A DNA stretch of 61,842 nucleotides, filler included. It is 6 parts of 6 records of this genome, joined end to end, with 100 filler letters (N's around TTAATTAATTAA, not from the genome) between each part and the next. Parts side by side here need not be neighbours in the genome. Positions count along the whole stretch, not along the records: positions 27,422 to 41,786 come from SRR22947727_2912; positions 41,887 to 56,734 come from SRR22947727_2928; 4 more parts are not named here. The stretch is one strand, 5' to 3'. Under the pieces are notes generated by a model that saw nothing but the letters and a program-made list of their open reading frames with translations, did not search any database and had not been told where the DNA came from. Made by a program: the position numbers and the translations under genes. Shown here in pieces: positions 40,151 to 50,506 of this stretch (position 1 is the stretch's first letter; each line of letters opens with the position of its first letter).

Positions 40151-40834
40151 TTACTTATTTCTATTCCGTTGTCTAGCAATTATATAGCCAAGTAGTAAGA
40201 GGGAGAATAATAAACCAACAACATAAACTTGTGTTAACTCTTGTGTGTTTGATGACATCAAGAAGGTTTGCTCAAGTAAACCTGAGTGTTGAAATATTAT
40301 TTTATTATCTACAATATTTTCAATTTTTGGTTCTGTTACTCTTCCCGGAAGCTGAATGCTTAAGCTACCAGAATAAATATTTTCTATTCCTTCTATCTCT
40401 TCATCTGCACCATTGAGTATTTTTGCAAAAGAACCTGAGATACTTCTTTTATTTCCATCAGAAGATATTGAAATATTAGATAAAGGGAGTAGCAACAGTT
40501 CAGTATTCTCATTTTCACGAAGAATTTCTAATTGATTCTCGAACTCTTCAATATTTTGAAAATTATTTCTGATTAAGATACCCAATTTATCATTATCCTC
40601 GTAAATAGTTGAGCCAAAACCATCTGGCATAGCTGTAAGTATGGCATTTAAACCACCAATAGAAGTTTGGCCTGTCTCTACTGCGTATAGCTGTGCTTCT
40701 TGGTCAAGAAGAATAGCTATTCTGTAATCTCCAGAATTATCATCATTAAGTTCTATTTCCATTGTCCAAGTTGCTTCACATGCTGAGAAGAATAAAAATA
40801 ATAATACTATGAGAAGATTCTTAGATTTTTTCAT
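40151..40834 (-). CDS. Putative lipoprotein with C-terminal membrane anchor (LppM/DUF3153-like)
   Basis: Lipobox FSAC after a basic/hydrophobic signal, LNDDNSG, IQLPGRV, C-terminal TM + basic tail. Confidence 0.6.
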   Translation of the reverse strand: MKKSKNLLIVLLFLFFSACEATWTMEIELNDDNSGDYRIAILLDQEAQLYAVETGQTSIGGLNAILTAMPDGFGSTIYEDNDKLGILIRNNFQNIEEFENQLEILRENENTELLLLPLSNISISSDGNKRSISGSFAKILNGADEEIEGIENIYSGSLSIQLPGRVTEPKIENIVDNKIIFQHSGLLEQTFLMSSNTQELTQVYVVGLLFSLLLLGYIIARQRNRNK

Positions 40835-41393
40835 TTAGAATTCCAATCATTTTATTTGTAGCAATCTTGCGGTGACTAATACTATTTTTCTCCTCTGAAG
40901 ATAATTCAGCAAGGGTTTTACCCTTATTTTCAAATATAGAATCATATCCAAATCCATTTGTACCTCTAGGTTTTTTAGTAATGATACCTTCAAGAATTCC
41001 ATCTGTAGAAATTTCAGTTACACCATCGTAGAAATATAAGACTGTTTGAAAGTATGCACTTCTATCCTCTTCTTCGATGAGGTTTGCCAACAGCTTGTCA
41101 ATATTTTGAAGATCGGTTGCATTCTCTCCTGCATACCTTTTTGAATGAAGGCCAGGCATCCCATCGAGTGAATTTACAAATAAACCAGAATCATCAGAAA
41201 TTACAGGAACCTGATAATGATCAAAAATTTCATGTGCTTTTTTTTGAGCATTTTCTAAAATTGTATTTTTATCCTCCACAACATCTAATAAATCTTCTTT
41301 GTAGATAGCTTGATGGAAGTTACCAGTATCTTTTAATATTTTAGAAATTTCTCTATGCTTGTTGATATTTTTAGTTGCAAGAAGTATATTCAT
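40821..41393 (-). CDS. rdgB: dITP/XTP pyrophosphatase (Ham1 family)
   Basis: ATKNINK, ENAQKKA, SDDSGL, PGLHSKRY, GFGYD, KNSISHR. Confidence 0.95.
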   Translation of the reverse strand: MNILLATKNINKHREISKILKDTGNFHQAIYKEDLLDVVEDKNTILENAQKKAHEIFDHYQVPVISDDSGLFVNSLDGMPGLHSKRYAGENATDLQNIDKLLANLIEEEDRSAYFQTVLYFYDGVTEISTDGILEGIITKKPRGTNGFGYDSIFENKGKTLAELSSEEKNSISHRKIATNKMIGILNEKI

Positions 41394-41786
41394 TAGTTTT
41401 TTTGAAGAGTTATAATTTTTTCTATTTCTGGTTTTGTTATTTCAAATAACTTATCAAGATCTTCTTTGGAGAATGGTTTCTTCTCAGCAGTTCCTTGAAT
41501 TTCTAGAATCTCAAAATTATCATTTAATACTATATTTAAATCTACTTGCGCATTTGAATCATTTTTATAATCAAGATCAACTATGTACTCACCTTCAACA
41601 ATTCCCACGGATAAAGCTGCAACATGGTTCATCAAAGGATTTTGATTCATTTTTCCATTTTCAACTAATTTATTAAATGACTCGTTTAATGCTATCCATG
41701 AACCGTTAATTGAAGCTGTTCTCGTTCCGCCATCAGCCTCTAAGACATCACAATCCACTGTTACTGAATATCCATTTAATAATTTC
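41393..41786 (-). CDS. rph: Ribonuclease PH, 5'-truncated
   Basis: DCDVLEADGGTRTASING, DLDY..DS.AQVDLN, EIQGTAE. Confidence 0.95.
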
Positions 41787-41886
41787 NNNNNNNNNNNNNN
41801 NNNNNNNNNNNNNNNNNNNNNNNNNNNNNNTTAATTAATTAANNNNNNNNNNNNNNNNNNNNNNNNNNNNNNNNNNNNNNNNNNNN
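41787..41886. other. Artificial contig spacer
   Basis: N-run + TTAATTAATTAA + N-run. Confidence 0.98.
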
Positions 41887-42374
41887 TATCTTATTTTTTT
41901 TTAGATCATGTTAAAAGTAGAATAGATTCTTTTCTTGGTAATGCTGATACTTATCAGATAGATTTAAGTTTAAGAGCATTCAAATCTGGAGGTATTTTTG
42001 GAAAGGGTCCAGGTCAAGGTGACCTTAAAGAAAAAATACCTGACGCAAATACTGATTTTATTTTTGCAGTTGCTGGTGAGGAATTAGGTCTAATTTTTTG
42101 TTTAATTATTCTAATAATTATTTTATCTATCGTTATAAAAACTCTATTAAAAGTTTTAAAAGTTGATAATCCATATAAAATTATAGCTATTTCAGGATTG
42201 ATATGTTCATTTGGTTTGCAAAGTTTAATAAATATTTTTAGCGCCTTAGGTATGATTCCCACAAAAGGAATGACCCTCCCATTTGTTAGCTATGGGGGTT
42301 CATCAATGCTAGCTACGAGTATATTATTTGGCTTTCTGCTATCATTAACAAACATCAATAATGAAGAAGAATAA
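41887..42374 (+). CDS. ftsW: Peptidoglycan polymerase FtsW, 5'-truncated
   Basis: Manual translation: YQID...SGGIFGKGPGQG...PDANTDFIFAVAGEELG...IPTKGMTLPFVSYGGSS; precedes murG. Confidence 0.93.
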
Positions 42375-43455
42375 AATTTTAATAATTACTGGTGGAACAG
42401 GAGGGCATGTTATTCCAGCTATAAATTTTTTCAATTATATAAAAAATAATTCAAAAAAAGTTTTTTTAGTAACTGATAATAGAGGATATCAATACATAAG
42501 TAATACTGACAAGAAAAATATACTTAAGATTCATTCATCACATTTAACTGGCAATATAGGTTTTAAATTATTAGGTGTAATAAAATTATTAATTGGATTT
42601 TTACAGTCTTTAATAATTTTTATAAGATTACGACCAACAACTATTGTATCTTTTGGAGGTTATGCTTCTTTTGCACCCTTAATATGTTTTGTTTTTTTTA
42701 AGTTTTTTTTTAAAACTAAGTTGTATCTTCACGAACAAAATTCTTTAATTGGACAAACAAATAAATTATTTTCCAAGCAAGCAAATAAAATTTTTGTTAA
42801 TTTTGATAAAGAATATCCAAATTTAAATAAATATAAAAATAAAATATTTGTAGTTGGTTTGCCACAAAAGAAAGTAAATGAAAATTTAAATGATAAGCTC
42901 AGAAAAAATGAAAATAATATTAATTTTTTAATCTTTGCAGGTAGTCAAGGTTCTTTAGATATACTAAATTATTTTTCTAAAATAACTCATGAGATTAAAA
43001 AATTACCTAATTTTAAAAAAATAAATTTTATTGTTCAATGCCCAAAGAAAATGCAAAATCAAATTAAAAATTCACTAACCAATAATAATTTTAATTTTCA
43101 AATTAAATCTTTTTTTAATAATTTTGATAATATACTTAATAAAACTAACATAGCTTTGTGTAGGTCTGGTGCAGGCACAATAAACGATTTGATAAATTAT
43201 AAAATCCCTGCAATTATTTTACCTTTACCTTCATCAAAAAATAATCATCAATTTGAAAATGCGAAAATACTGTCTAAGATTGGTTGTGCTATTATAGCAA
43301 ATAAAGACTCAAAAGAACTAGATAAAATTCTTTTATTCATAAAAAATGTTATTGAGAATAAAAGCTTTAATAAATGTTTATTAGATAAATATAGTAAGAT
43401 AAAAAGATACAATAGTAATTTGCTGATATGGGAACATATACATGATGATCAATAA
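42361..43455 (+). CDS. murG: UDP-GlcNAc:lipid I GlcNAc transferase
   Basis: GGTGGHVIPA, FGGYAS, HEQN, GSQGS, RSGAGT, HQFENA. Confidence 0.95.
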   Translation: MKKNKILIITGGTGGHVIPAINFFNYIKNNSKKVFLVTDNRGYQYISNTDKKNILKIHSSHLTGNIGFKLLGVIKLLIGFLQSLIIFIRLRPTTIVSFGGYASFAPLICFVFFKFFFKTKLYLHEQNSLIGQTNKLFSKQANKIFVNFDKEYPNLNKYKNKIFVVGLPQKKVNENLNDKLRKNENNINFLIFAGSQGSLDILNYFSKITHEIKKLPNFKKINFIVQCPKKMQNQIKNSLTNNNFNFQIKSFFNNFDNILNKTNIALCRSGAGTINDLINYKIPAIILPLPSSKNNHQFENAKILSKIGCAIIANKDSKELDKILLFIKNVIENKSFNKCLLDKYSKIKRYNSNLLIWEHIHDDQ

Positions 43456-44827
43456 TCAAAAAATAAAAATATACTTTGTTGGTATTGGCGGTATTGGCAT
43501 GTCAGGGATAGCTGAACTGATGCATGAAATTGGTTATACTGTTTCTGGTAGTGATAAAATTGAAAGTGAAAATGTTAAGCGATTAAAAAAAATTGGAATT
43601 AATGTTAAAATAGGTCATGATAAGAAAAATTTAAGAAAAGTGAGCGCTGTTGTTTTTTCCTCTGCCATTAGTTCAAAAAATCCTGAAATTCAAGAAGCCA
43701 AAAAAAAAAATATCCCAATAGTAAGTCGAGCCGATATGTTGTCTGAGTTAATGAAAAATAAAAAATGTATTGCTGTTGCTGGCTCACATGGAAAAACTAC
43801 AACAACAAGCTTGGTTGGAAATATTTTAGAGTCAGGTAAATTAGATCCAACTATTATAAATGGAGGTATTATCAATTCTTTATCAAAAAATAATAAATTT
43901 GGTAAAGGTAAATGGATGGTAGTTGAGGCAGATGAGAGTGACGGATCTTTTCTTAAACTTCCTCATGAGATTTCAATAATAACAAATGTAGATATTGAGC
44001 ACCTTGATTATTACAAGACTCCAAAAAAATTATATTCTTCTTTTGAAAAATTTATCATGAATTTACCTTTTTATGGCACATCGATTATAAATGAAGATGA
44101 TAAAAACTTAAAAAAAATAATACTAAAAAATGACACAAGAAGAATAATCACTTTTTCTTTAAAAAATAAAAAAAGTAATTGTTTTGTTGATAATATTCAT
44201 TTTGATAAACAATATAGTCATTTCACATTAAATTTTAATTTCTCAGATAAGAAATTTTCTAAATCTTACTCTTATAAGTTAAATGCAGTAGGCTTACACA
44301 ACATCTATAATGCAGCTGCTAGTATTATTGCTGGTCATTTAGTTGGTGTAAAAAATTCCTTTATTAAAAATGCTCTTACAAATTATATTGGTGTTAAAAG
44401 AAGATTTACTTATTTAGGCAAGGTTAATTTAGCAGATATTTATGATGATTATGCTCATCACCCAACTGAGATTGCCGCAACTTTATTAGGAGCAAAACAA
44501 ATAAATAAAAATATCATAGTGGTGTTTCAACCACATAGATATTCTAGAACAAAAGTGTTGTTTAATGATTTTATAAAAATTCTTTCCAAAATAAATAAAT
44601 TATATTTATTGGATACTTATTCAGCTGGAGAGAAGGTTTTAAAAAATTATGAGACAAAAAATATTTTTATGAAGTTAAATAAAAAAAATAAAAAAGTAAA
44701 ATATTCTTCAAATGAAAATTTAAATAGTATAATTTATAAAGAAACTAAAAAAAATAATATTATAATATTTATGGGTGCTGGATCAGTAAGTAAAATTGCA
44801 CATAATTTTATAAACATTAATGCATAG
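43442..44827 (+). CDS. murC: UDP-MurNAc--L-alanine ligase
   Basis: GIGGIGMSG, AGSHGKTTT, VEADESDGSF, DDYAHHPTEI, FQPHRYSR. Confidence 0.97.
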   Translation: MMINNQKIKIYFVGIGGIGMSGIAELMHEIGYTVSGSDKIESENVKRLKKIGINVKIGHDKKNLRKVSAVVFSSAISSKNPEIQEAKKKNIPIVSRADMLSELMKNKKCIAVAGSHGKTTTTSLVGNILESGKLDPTIINGGIINSLSKNNKFGKGKWMVVEADESDGSFLKLPHEISIITNVDIEHLDYYKTPKKLYSSFEKFIMNLPFYGTSIINEDDKNLKKIILKNDTRRIITFSLKNKKSNCFVDNIHFDKQYSHFTLNFNFSDKKFSKSYSYKLNAVGLHNIYNAAASIIAGHLVGVKNSFIKNALTNYIGVKRRFTYLGKVNLADIYDDYAHHPTEIAATLLGAKQINKNIIVVFQPHRYSRTKVLFNDFIKILSKINKLYLLDTYSAGEKVLKNYETKNIFMKLNKKNKKVKYSSNENLNSIIYKETKKNNIIIFMGAGSVSKIAHNFININA

Positions 44828-45713
44828 TTTAATAAATCAAATTCAATCTAAAATTAAAAGCAATATATTCTTAGATTACGATATGAGTAAATCCACCTGG
44901 TTTCGTGCAGGAGGTAACGCATTAGGTCATGTAATTGTTAACAGCATATCTGATTTAAAAACAATAATTAGTTATTCAGACCAAATTAAATATTACATTG
45001 TTGGTGTAGGTTCTAATTTAATGGTTCGTGATGGAGGCTTTAATGGCCTAATTATTAAATTAGGTAAAAATTTTAATACAATTAAAATTAATAAGGATAC
45101 ATTAAGTGTTGGTGCGGGTGTACTTGATGTAAATCTGGCGAAATTTGCCCTAAAAAACTTAATTAAAGATTTTGAATTTTTTTCAGGTATTCCTGGAACA
45201 ATTGGTGGAGCAATAAAAATGAACGCTGGTTGTTATGGAAGTCAAACCGCAGATAATTTAATAAGAATTTTAACAATAAATAAGTTAGGAAAAATAATAT
45301 ATTTAACAAAAGATGAATTAGAACTTAAATATAGATCATCAAATTTAACTGATGAATTAATTGTATTAAAAGCAGAATTTAGTTGTAAATATTCATCAGA
45401 ATCAGAAATATTAGAAAAAAAAAATATTATTAAATTAAAAAGAGAGAGTTCTCAACCGATCAAAGAAAAAACATCTGGAAGCACCTTTAAAAACCCACCT
45501 GGAGATTATGCAGCAGCTTTAATTGAGAAGGCAGGTTGTAAGGGGATGAAAAACGGAGGTGCTTCAGTAAGCACAATTCACTCAAACTTTATAATTAATA
45601 GCGGAGAAGCAACTGCTTTAGATATTGAAAATTTAGGAAAAAAAATAATTAAACAAGTTCAGTATAAATTTGGTATTACACTAGACTGGGAAATTAAAAT
45701 TATAGGTAGTTAG
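44820..45713 (+). CDS. murB: UDP-N-acetylenolpyruvoylglucosamine reductase
   Basis: GSNL, GIPGTIGGAIKMNAG, SGSTFKNP, HSNF, WEI. Confidence 0.96.
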   Translation: MHSLINQIQSKIKSNIFLDYDMSKSTWFRAGGNALGHVIVNSISDLKTIISYSDQIKYYIVGVGSNLMVRDGGFNGLIIKLGKNFNTIKINKDTLSVGAGVLDVNLAKFALKNLIKDFEFFSGIPGTIGGAIKMNAGCYGSQTADNLIRILTINKLGKIIYLTKDELELKYRSSNLTDELIVLKAEFSCKYSSESEILEKKNIIKLKRESSQPIKEKTSGSTFKNPPGDYAAALIEKAGCKGMKNGGASVSTIHSNFIINSGEATALDIENLGKKIIKQVQYKFGITLDWEIKIIGS

Positions 45714-45714
45714 T

Positions 45715-46659
45715 TTGGCAAAAATTTTAATATTACAAGGAGGATTTAATGAGGAGCATAAAGTTTCGCTAAATACTTCTAAAGAGATAGCAAAAGCTTT
45801 TAAAAAATTAAAAATAAACTTTAAAACTCTTACTGTTAATCCAATTACATTTAAAGATGATATTCTAGAATATTCAAATGATTACGTATGTTTTAATGCT
45901 TTGCATGGAACTTTTGGTGAGGATGGAAAAATTCAAAAAATTTTGAAAAAAAACAATTTCAAAGTTACACATTCCAATCAAAGCTCATCATCAAATTGTT
46001 TTAATAAAATAAAATCTAAGGAAATTATTAGTAAACAAAATATTTTAACACCCAAGTATGATGTAATAAAAATAAAAGATATTGATGAAAAATATTTAAG
46101 GAAAATTAAAATTAAATTTGGAAATTTTATTCTAAAACCTGCAAGTAGTGGCTCAAGTAACGGTCTAGTTATAATTAAATCAAATAGAGATTTATTATCA
46201 TTTTATATAAAACTTGAAAAATTTAAAAATAGTTTTAAAAAAAATGAAATTTTTTTGATAGAAGAATTTATTTCTGGAAAAGAACTAACTGTTTCTGTAA
46301 TCAAGAATCAATTAAATTATAAACCTTTAGAAGTGACTGAGATAGTTTCTCTAAATAAAACATACGATTATCAAGCAAAGTATACAAATGGTTTTTCAAA
46401 GCATTTTATTCCAGCAAGAATTACTAAACAAAAACATAAACAATGTTTAGACTTGTCTTTAAAAATTCATAAAATTTTTAAATGCAATACCCTTTCAAGA
46501 GTTGATTTTATACTTAGTAAAAAAGAAAATAAAATATATTTTTTGGAAATAAATTCTCAGCCAGGTATGACAAAGTTGTCTTTACTACCAGAGCAAGCAA
46601 AATTTAAAAAAATTAGTTTTGCATACATTGTTAAAGAATTAATTAAAAATTCAAAATGA
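45715..46659 (+). CDS. ddl: D-alanine--D-alanine ligase
   Basis: EHKVSL, ALHGTFGEDG, GSS, YDYQAKY, LEINSQPGMT..SLLP. Confidence 0.95.
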   Translation: MAKILILQGGFNEEHKVSLNTSKEIAKAFKKLKINFKTLTVNPITFKDDILEYSNDYVCFNALHGTFGEDGKIQKILKKNNFKVTHSNQSSSSNCFNKIKSKEIISKQNILTPKYDVIKIKDIDEKYLRKIKIKFGNFILKPASSGSSNGLVIIKSNRDLLSFYIKLEKFKNSFKKNEIFLIEEFISGKELTVSVIKNQLNYKPLEVTEIVSLNKTYDYQAKYTNGFSKHFIPARITKQKHKQCLDLSLKIHKIFKCNTLSRVDFILSKKENKIYFLEINSQPGMTKLSLLPEQAKFKKISFAYIVKELIKNSK

Positions 46660-47417
46660 GTTCAAATATTAATAAAAAAAAAATCAGTCTTTTTACAAAT
46701 CAAAATTTCATAAAATATATATTTATTGCTATCTTGTCGTGTTTATTTTTGGTTTATATTTATTATGAGCTGATAAAAAAAAACAAATTGTACTATATCA
46801 TTCAAAACATATCAGAAAAATACAATTATCAATTAAAAAATGTAGAAATTAATTCTTTACAAAGAATTAATAAATTTGAAGTTAATGATATTATTAATCA
46901 ACACTTTAGCCAATCGATTTTTTTATTACCTTTAGAAGATATTTCTAATTCAATTAATCAATTAAGATGGGCCAAAGATGTAAATTTATCTACAAATTTT
47001 ATTGATAAATTAAATGTTGAGATTTTTGAATATAAGCCAATTGGATTATTATTTTACAACAATCAACTTTTTTATTTTTCAAAAGATGGAAAAATCATAG
47101 ATAAATTTAAAGAAGAGATTAATGAAAGTTTAATAATTTTCTCTGGTAAGCAAGCTTCAAAGGAAGCACATAATTTTTTGAATGTTATTAATAAAACAGA
47201 AACAGTCAATATGATAAAAGAAGCTTATTATATTAATGAAAGAAGATGGAACGTAAAATTGCACAATAATATTTTACTCAATTTATCGGAAATAAACATT
47301 GAACAGTCTTTTAAAAATTATATTAAGTTAATAAAAAAATTTAATGATTCTGATATTATTAGAATTAAAAGTATTGATTTACGAGATAGTGAAAAAGCAA
47401 TTATGAGTTTTAAATAA
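46656..47417 (+). CDS. ftsQ: Cell division protein FtsQ
   Basis: Single TM, POTRA-like region, RRWNV, IDLRD; position ddl-ftsQ-ftsA. Confidence 0.88.
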   Translation: MSSNINKKKISLFTNQNFIKYIFIAILSCLFLVYIYYELIKKNKLYYIIQNISEKYNYQLKNVEINSLQRINKFEVNDIINQHFSQSIFLLPLEDISNSINQLRWAKDVNLSTNFIDKLNVEIFEYKPIGLLFYNNQLFYFSKDGKIIDKFKEEINESLIIFSGKQASKEAHNFLNVINKTETVNMIKEAYYINERRWNVKLHNNILLNLSEINIEQSFKNYIKLIKKFNDSDIIRIKSIDLRDSEKAIMSFK

Positions 47418-48638
47418 ATGATTAAAGTGGGTTTTAATTTAGGAAATTCAAAGATATCTTGTGCGGTCTCTGAAATTGAAAAAAATAAAAAAATAAAATT
47501 ATTATCCTTTCAAAGCTTTCAAACAAATATTATAAAAAAAAATATTATTACCAATTTTGAAGAATTATCCAATGATATTAAATCTTTAATTTCTGAATCT
47601 GAAAAAAAATCTCAAACTAAAATAAATTCTATTAATTTAAATATTCCTATGATTGATAGTGTATCTAGATATTATGATTCTGAAATTGAAAATTTAGATC
47701 AGCAAATATCAGATTTAGATATTAAAAAAGTTATTAATAAATCTGGATATTTTAATGTTGATGATGATTATTATCAGATATTCAATAAAATTAATGGTTA
47801 CGTTATAGATGGTAATTTAATTCATAATTCCCCAGTTGGAAATTTTGCAAATAAATTAAAGATTTTATTTTATAAAATATTAATTCCATATACAAATTTT
47901 CAGAGTTATAAAAATGTAATTGAAAGTCAAAATATTTCAATCGAGTCTTATGTGCCATCACCTTTATCTTCAGGACTGGCGACATTAAGTAACGATGAAA
48001 AAAAAATTGGAACTATTTGTATTGATTTTGGCCATTCAAATACCTCTGTATCAATATTCGAAAATAATAAATTTATATACGGAGATAGTTTTTTAGTTGG
48101 CAGTAATAATATAACTAATGATTTAGCAAGGGGTGTTTCAACAACTTTAGAAAGTGCAGAGAGATTAAAAACATTATATAGTTCGCTTATAAGCTCACCT
48201 AGTGATGAGTTTGAAATTATTGAAATCCCAATTATTTCTGGAGAGAGTGGAAAATTTAATCAAATTAATAAATTAAAAATAAATTCTATTGTTAAACCGC
48301 GCGTAGAGGAAACCTTGGAAATTGTGTGGCAAAAAATAAAACAAAATAATCTTCATAAAAAACAAATAAAAAATGTTGTCTTAACTGGTGGGGGCGCACA
48401 GTTAGAGGGAATCTCTCAATATGCGGAATTAATTTTTTCAAGTAATGTCAGAATAGGCTTGCCAAAAGATGATATCTTATCTGAAAAAAATATTCAAAAT
48501 CCTGGATATACAGATGCTATAGGTTGCAGTTTTTTTGATTATCGAGAATTTTCAGATGAGATTAACAAAAAATATGGAAAAAAACAAAAAAATCAAGGTT
48601 TTAAAGGTTTTTTTAGTTGGCTTGACCAATATATTTGA
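47418..48638 (+). CDS. ftsA: Cell division protein FtsA (divergent)
   Basis: ITNDLA, AERLK, PRVEE, VLTGGGAQL, VRIG.P, C-terminal amphipathic helix FFSWLDQYI; position. Confidence 0.92.
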   Translation: MIKVGFNLGNSKISCAVSEIEKNKKIKLLSFQSFQTNIIKKNIITNFEELSNDIKSLISESEKKSQTKINSINLNIPMIDSVSRYYDSEIENLDQQISDLDIKKVINKSGYFNVDDDYYQIFNKINGYVIDGNLIHNSPVGNFANKLKILFYKILIPYTNFQSYKNVIESQNISIESYVPSPLSSGLATLSNDEKKIGTICIDFGHSNTSVSIFENNKFIYGDSFLVGSNNITNDLARGVSTTLESAERLKTLYSSLISSPSDEFEIIEIPIISGESGKFNQINKLKINSIVKPRVEETLEIVWQKIKQNNLHKKQIKNVVLTGGGAQLEGISQYAELIFSSNVRIGLPKDDILSEKNIQNPGYTDAIGCSFFDYREFSDEINKKYGKKQKNQGFKGFFSWLDQYI

Positions 48639-48721
48639 TATACATACAATATATAGATAATATTTGTTGACGATTTCGACAACGAATCGTTAAAAAATAT
48701 AAAAAACGGCGGAGAATCAAA

Positions 48722-50413
48722 ATGACAATTAATATATCACTACAAGATGTAGGAGACAACTTACATCCAAAAATAACAGTTTTAGGTGTTGGCGGATCTG
48801 GTGGAAACGCTGTTAATAATATGATCAATGCAAATCTTGAAGGAGTTGATTTCCTAATTGCAAACACAGATGCTCAAGCACTTCAAATTTCAGAATGTCC
48901 AAACAAAATACAACTAGGTTTAAATAGCACAAGAGGTCTTGGTGCAGGGATGAGACCTGATATAGGTAAGCAAGCAGCTGAAGAAGCAATTCAGGAAATT
49001 ACAGAAAAACTAGATGGTAGCCATATGTTGTTTGTTGCTGCTGGAATGGGAGGTGGTACAGGTACTGGGGCTGCTCCTGTAATAGCAAAGTTGGCCAGAG
49101 AAAGAGGTATTCTTACAGTAGGTGTTGTTACAAAACCATTTCATTTTGAAGGATCTCAAAGAATGAAGCTAGCAGAAAAAGGAATAGAAGAGTTGCAACA
49201 ATATGTAGATACTCTTTTAACAATTCCTAATCAAAATTTATTTAGAATTGCTAATGAAAACACAACTTTTTCAGATGCATTTAAAATGGCCGATGATGTT
49301 TTGTATGCTGGAGTAAGAGGTGTAACAGATCTTATGGTTCAGCCAGGTATGATCAATCTTGACTTTTCAGATATTAAGACTGTTATGTCGGAAATGGGTA
49401 AAGCAATGATGGGTACTGGAGAAGCTTCAGGCGAAGGAAGATCTGTAGCCGCTGCTGAAGCAGCTATTGCAAATCCCTTGATTGATGATGTTTCATTAAA
49501 AGGTGCTAGAGGATTAATAATTAATATAACGGGCGGCAAGGATATTACTCTTTATGAAGTAGATGAAGCAGCTAACAGAATTAAACAAGAAGTTGATGAA
49601 GAGGCTAATATTATATATGGCACAACCTGTGATGATAGATTAGATGGTATTGTAAGAGTAAGTATAGTAGCAACCGGTATTGACTCTAATATAGGTATAA
49701 ATGCAAAACCTCTTGAAACATTTGCACCTATTAACATTAATAATGACGTTTATAAATCAAACCAAATAAGAGAGGAAAATGATTTAGATCATTTAGCTCT
49801 AAAGAAAGACCATGCCGATCAAGGTTTAACTGAAGATGATAAATTAGATCATCTAAAAGAAAGCAGTTCAGAGCTTAACACAATTTTATCTGAAACAACT
49901 GATGAAATGCAAAAAAAAGATTTAATAAGTGAGTCCAATATTCAAATGTCTGAATCTGAGGACAAAGCAGATGAAAATGTTGAAGACAAGGAAGAGGTTT
50001 TACTCTCCAACTCAAATATAAATAATATTGAGGAAGAGGTTTCTTACGATAATTTAGAAACTGAAACTGAGTCTGAAATTGCATCTGTCCATTCTGAAGA
50101 TGACAGTAAAGAACAGTCGGAAGAGGAATTATCAATCAAAGAAGAACCTTCAGTTAGAAGATTAAGCTTGTTTGATAACATCTCTATAAATGAGTCTGAA
50201 AAATCTCTTGATCAGGAAGTAAAGACTGAGCCAGTAATTTCTGAAAACAATCTTGTTGAAGAAAGTGCTGAAAATCTTAACAAAAATGAATCTAGTGAGA
50301 ATATTGAGCCTGAGTTTAACGCCTCAACTGATGAATTAGATGAAGAATTTAATCAAGAAACTCAAGAAGAGCTTTTAGACATTCCTACTTTTCTTAGAAG
50401 GCAGGCTAATTAA
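48722..50413 (+). CDS. ftsZ: Cell division protein FtsZ with long acidic linker
   Basis: [26 protein letters not shown]-terminal [12 protein letters not shown] (alphaproteobacterial type). Confidence 0.98.
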   Translation: MTINISLQDVGDNLHPKITVLGVGGSGGNAVNNMINANLEGVDFLIANTDAQALQISECPNKIQLGLNSTRGLGAGMRPDIGKQAAEEAIQEITEKLDGSHMLFVAAGMGGGTGTGAAPVIAKLARERGILTVGVVTKPFHFEGSQRMKLAEKGIEELQQYVDTLLTIPNQNLFRIANENTTFSDAFKMADDVLYAGVRGVTDLMVQPGMINLDFSDIKTVMSEMGKAMMGTGEASGEGRSVAAAEAAIANPLIDDVSLKGARGLIINITGGKDITLYEVDEAANRIKQEVDEEANIIYGTTCDDRLDGIVRVSIVATGIDSNIGINAKPLETFAPININNDVYKSNQIREENDLDHLALKKDHADQGLTEDDKLDHLKESSSELNTILSETTDEMQKKDLISESNIQMSESEDKADENVEDKEEVLLSNSNINNIEEEVSYDNLETETESEIASVHSEDDSKEQSEEELSIKEEPSVRRLSLFDNISINESEKSLDQEVKTEPVISENNLVEESAENLNKNESSENIEPEFNASTDELDEEFNQETQEELLDIPTFLRRQAN

Positions 50414-50477
50414 GGTTAAGGCTGACTGTAATATTTTGTAATATTCAGTTAATTGCGGATTCTCTAAAAAAATATAA

Positions 50478-50503
50478 AAAAAGTGCTGAATACAGCACTT
50501 TTT
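50478..50503. terminator. Bidirectional terminator-like hairpin between ftsZ and lpxC
   Basis: AAAAAGTGCTG-aata-CAGCACTTTTT. Confidence 0.65.
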
Positions 50504-50506
50504 ATT

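Noticed and set aside
42014-42262. 82-aa minus-strand ORF
   Set aside because: Antisense to the partial ftsW on the plus strand
50408-50452. Possible CtrA box (TTAA-N7-TTAA) near ftsZ/lpxC
   Set aside because: TTAA half-sites are present but not at 7-nt spacing, and they are frequent by chance in AT-rich DNA
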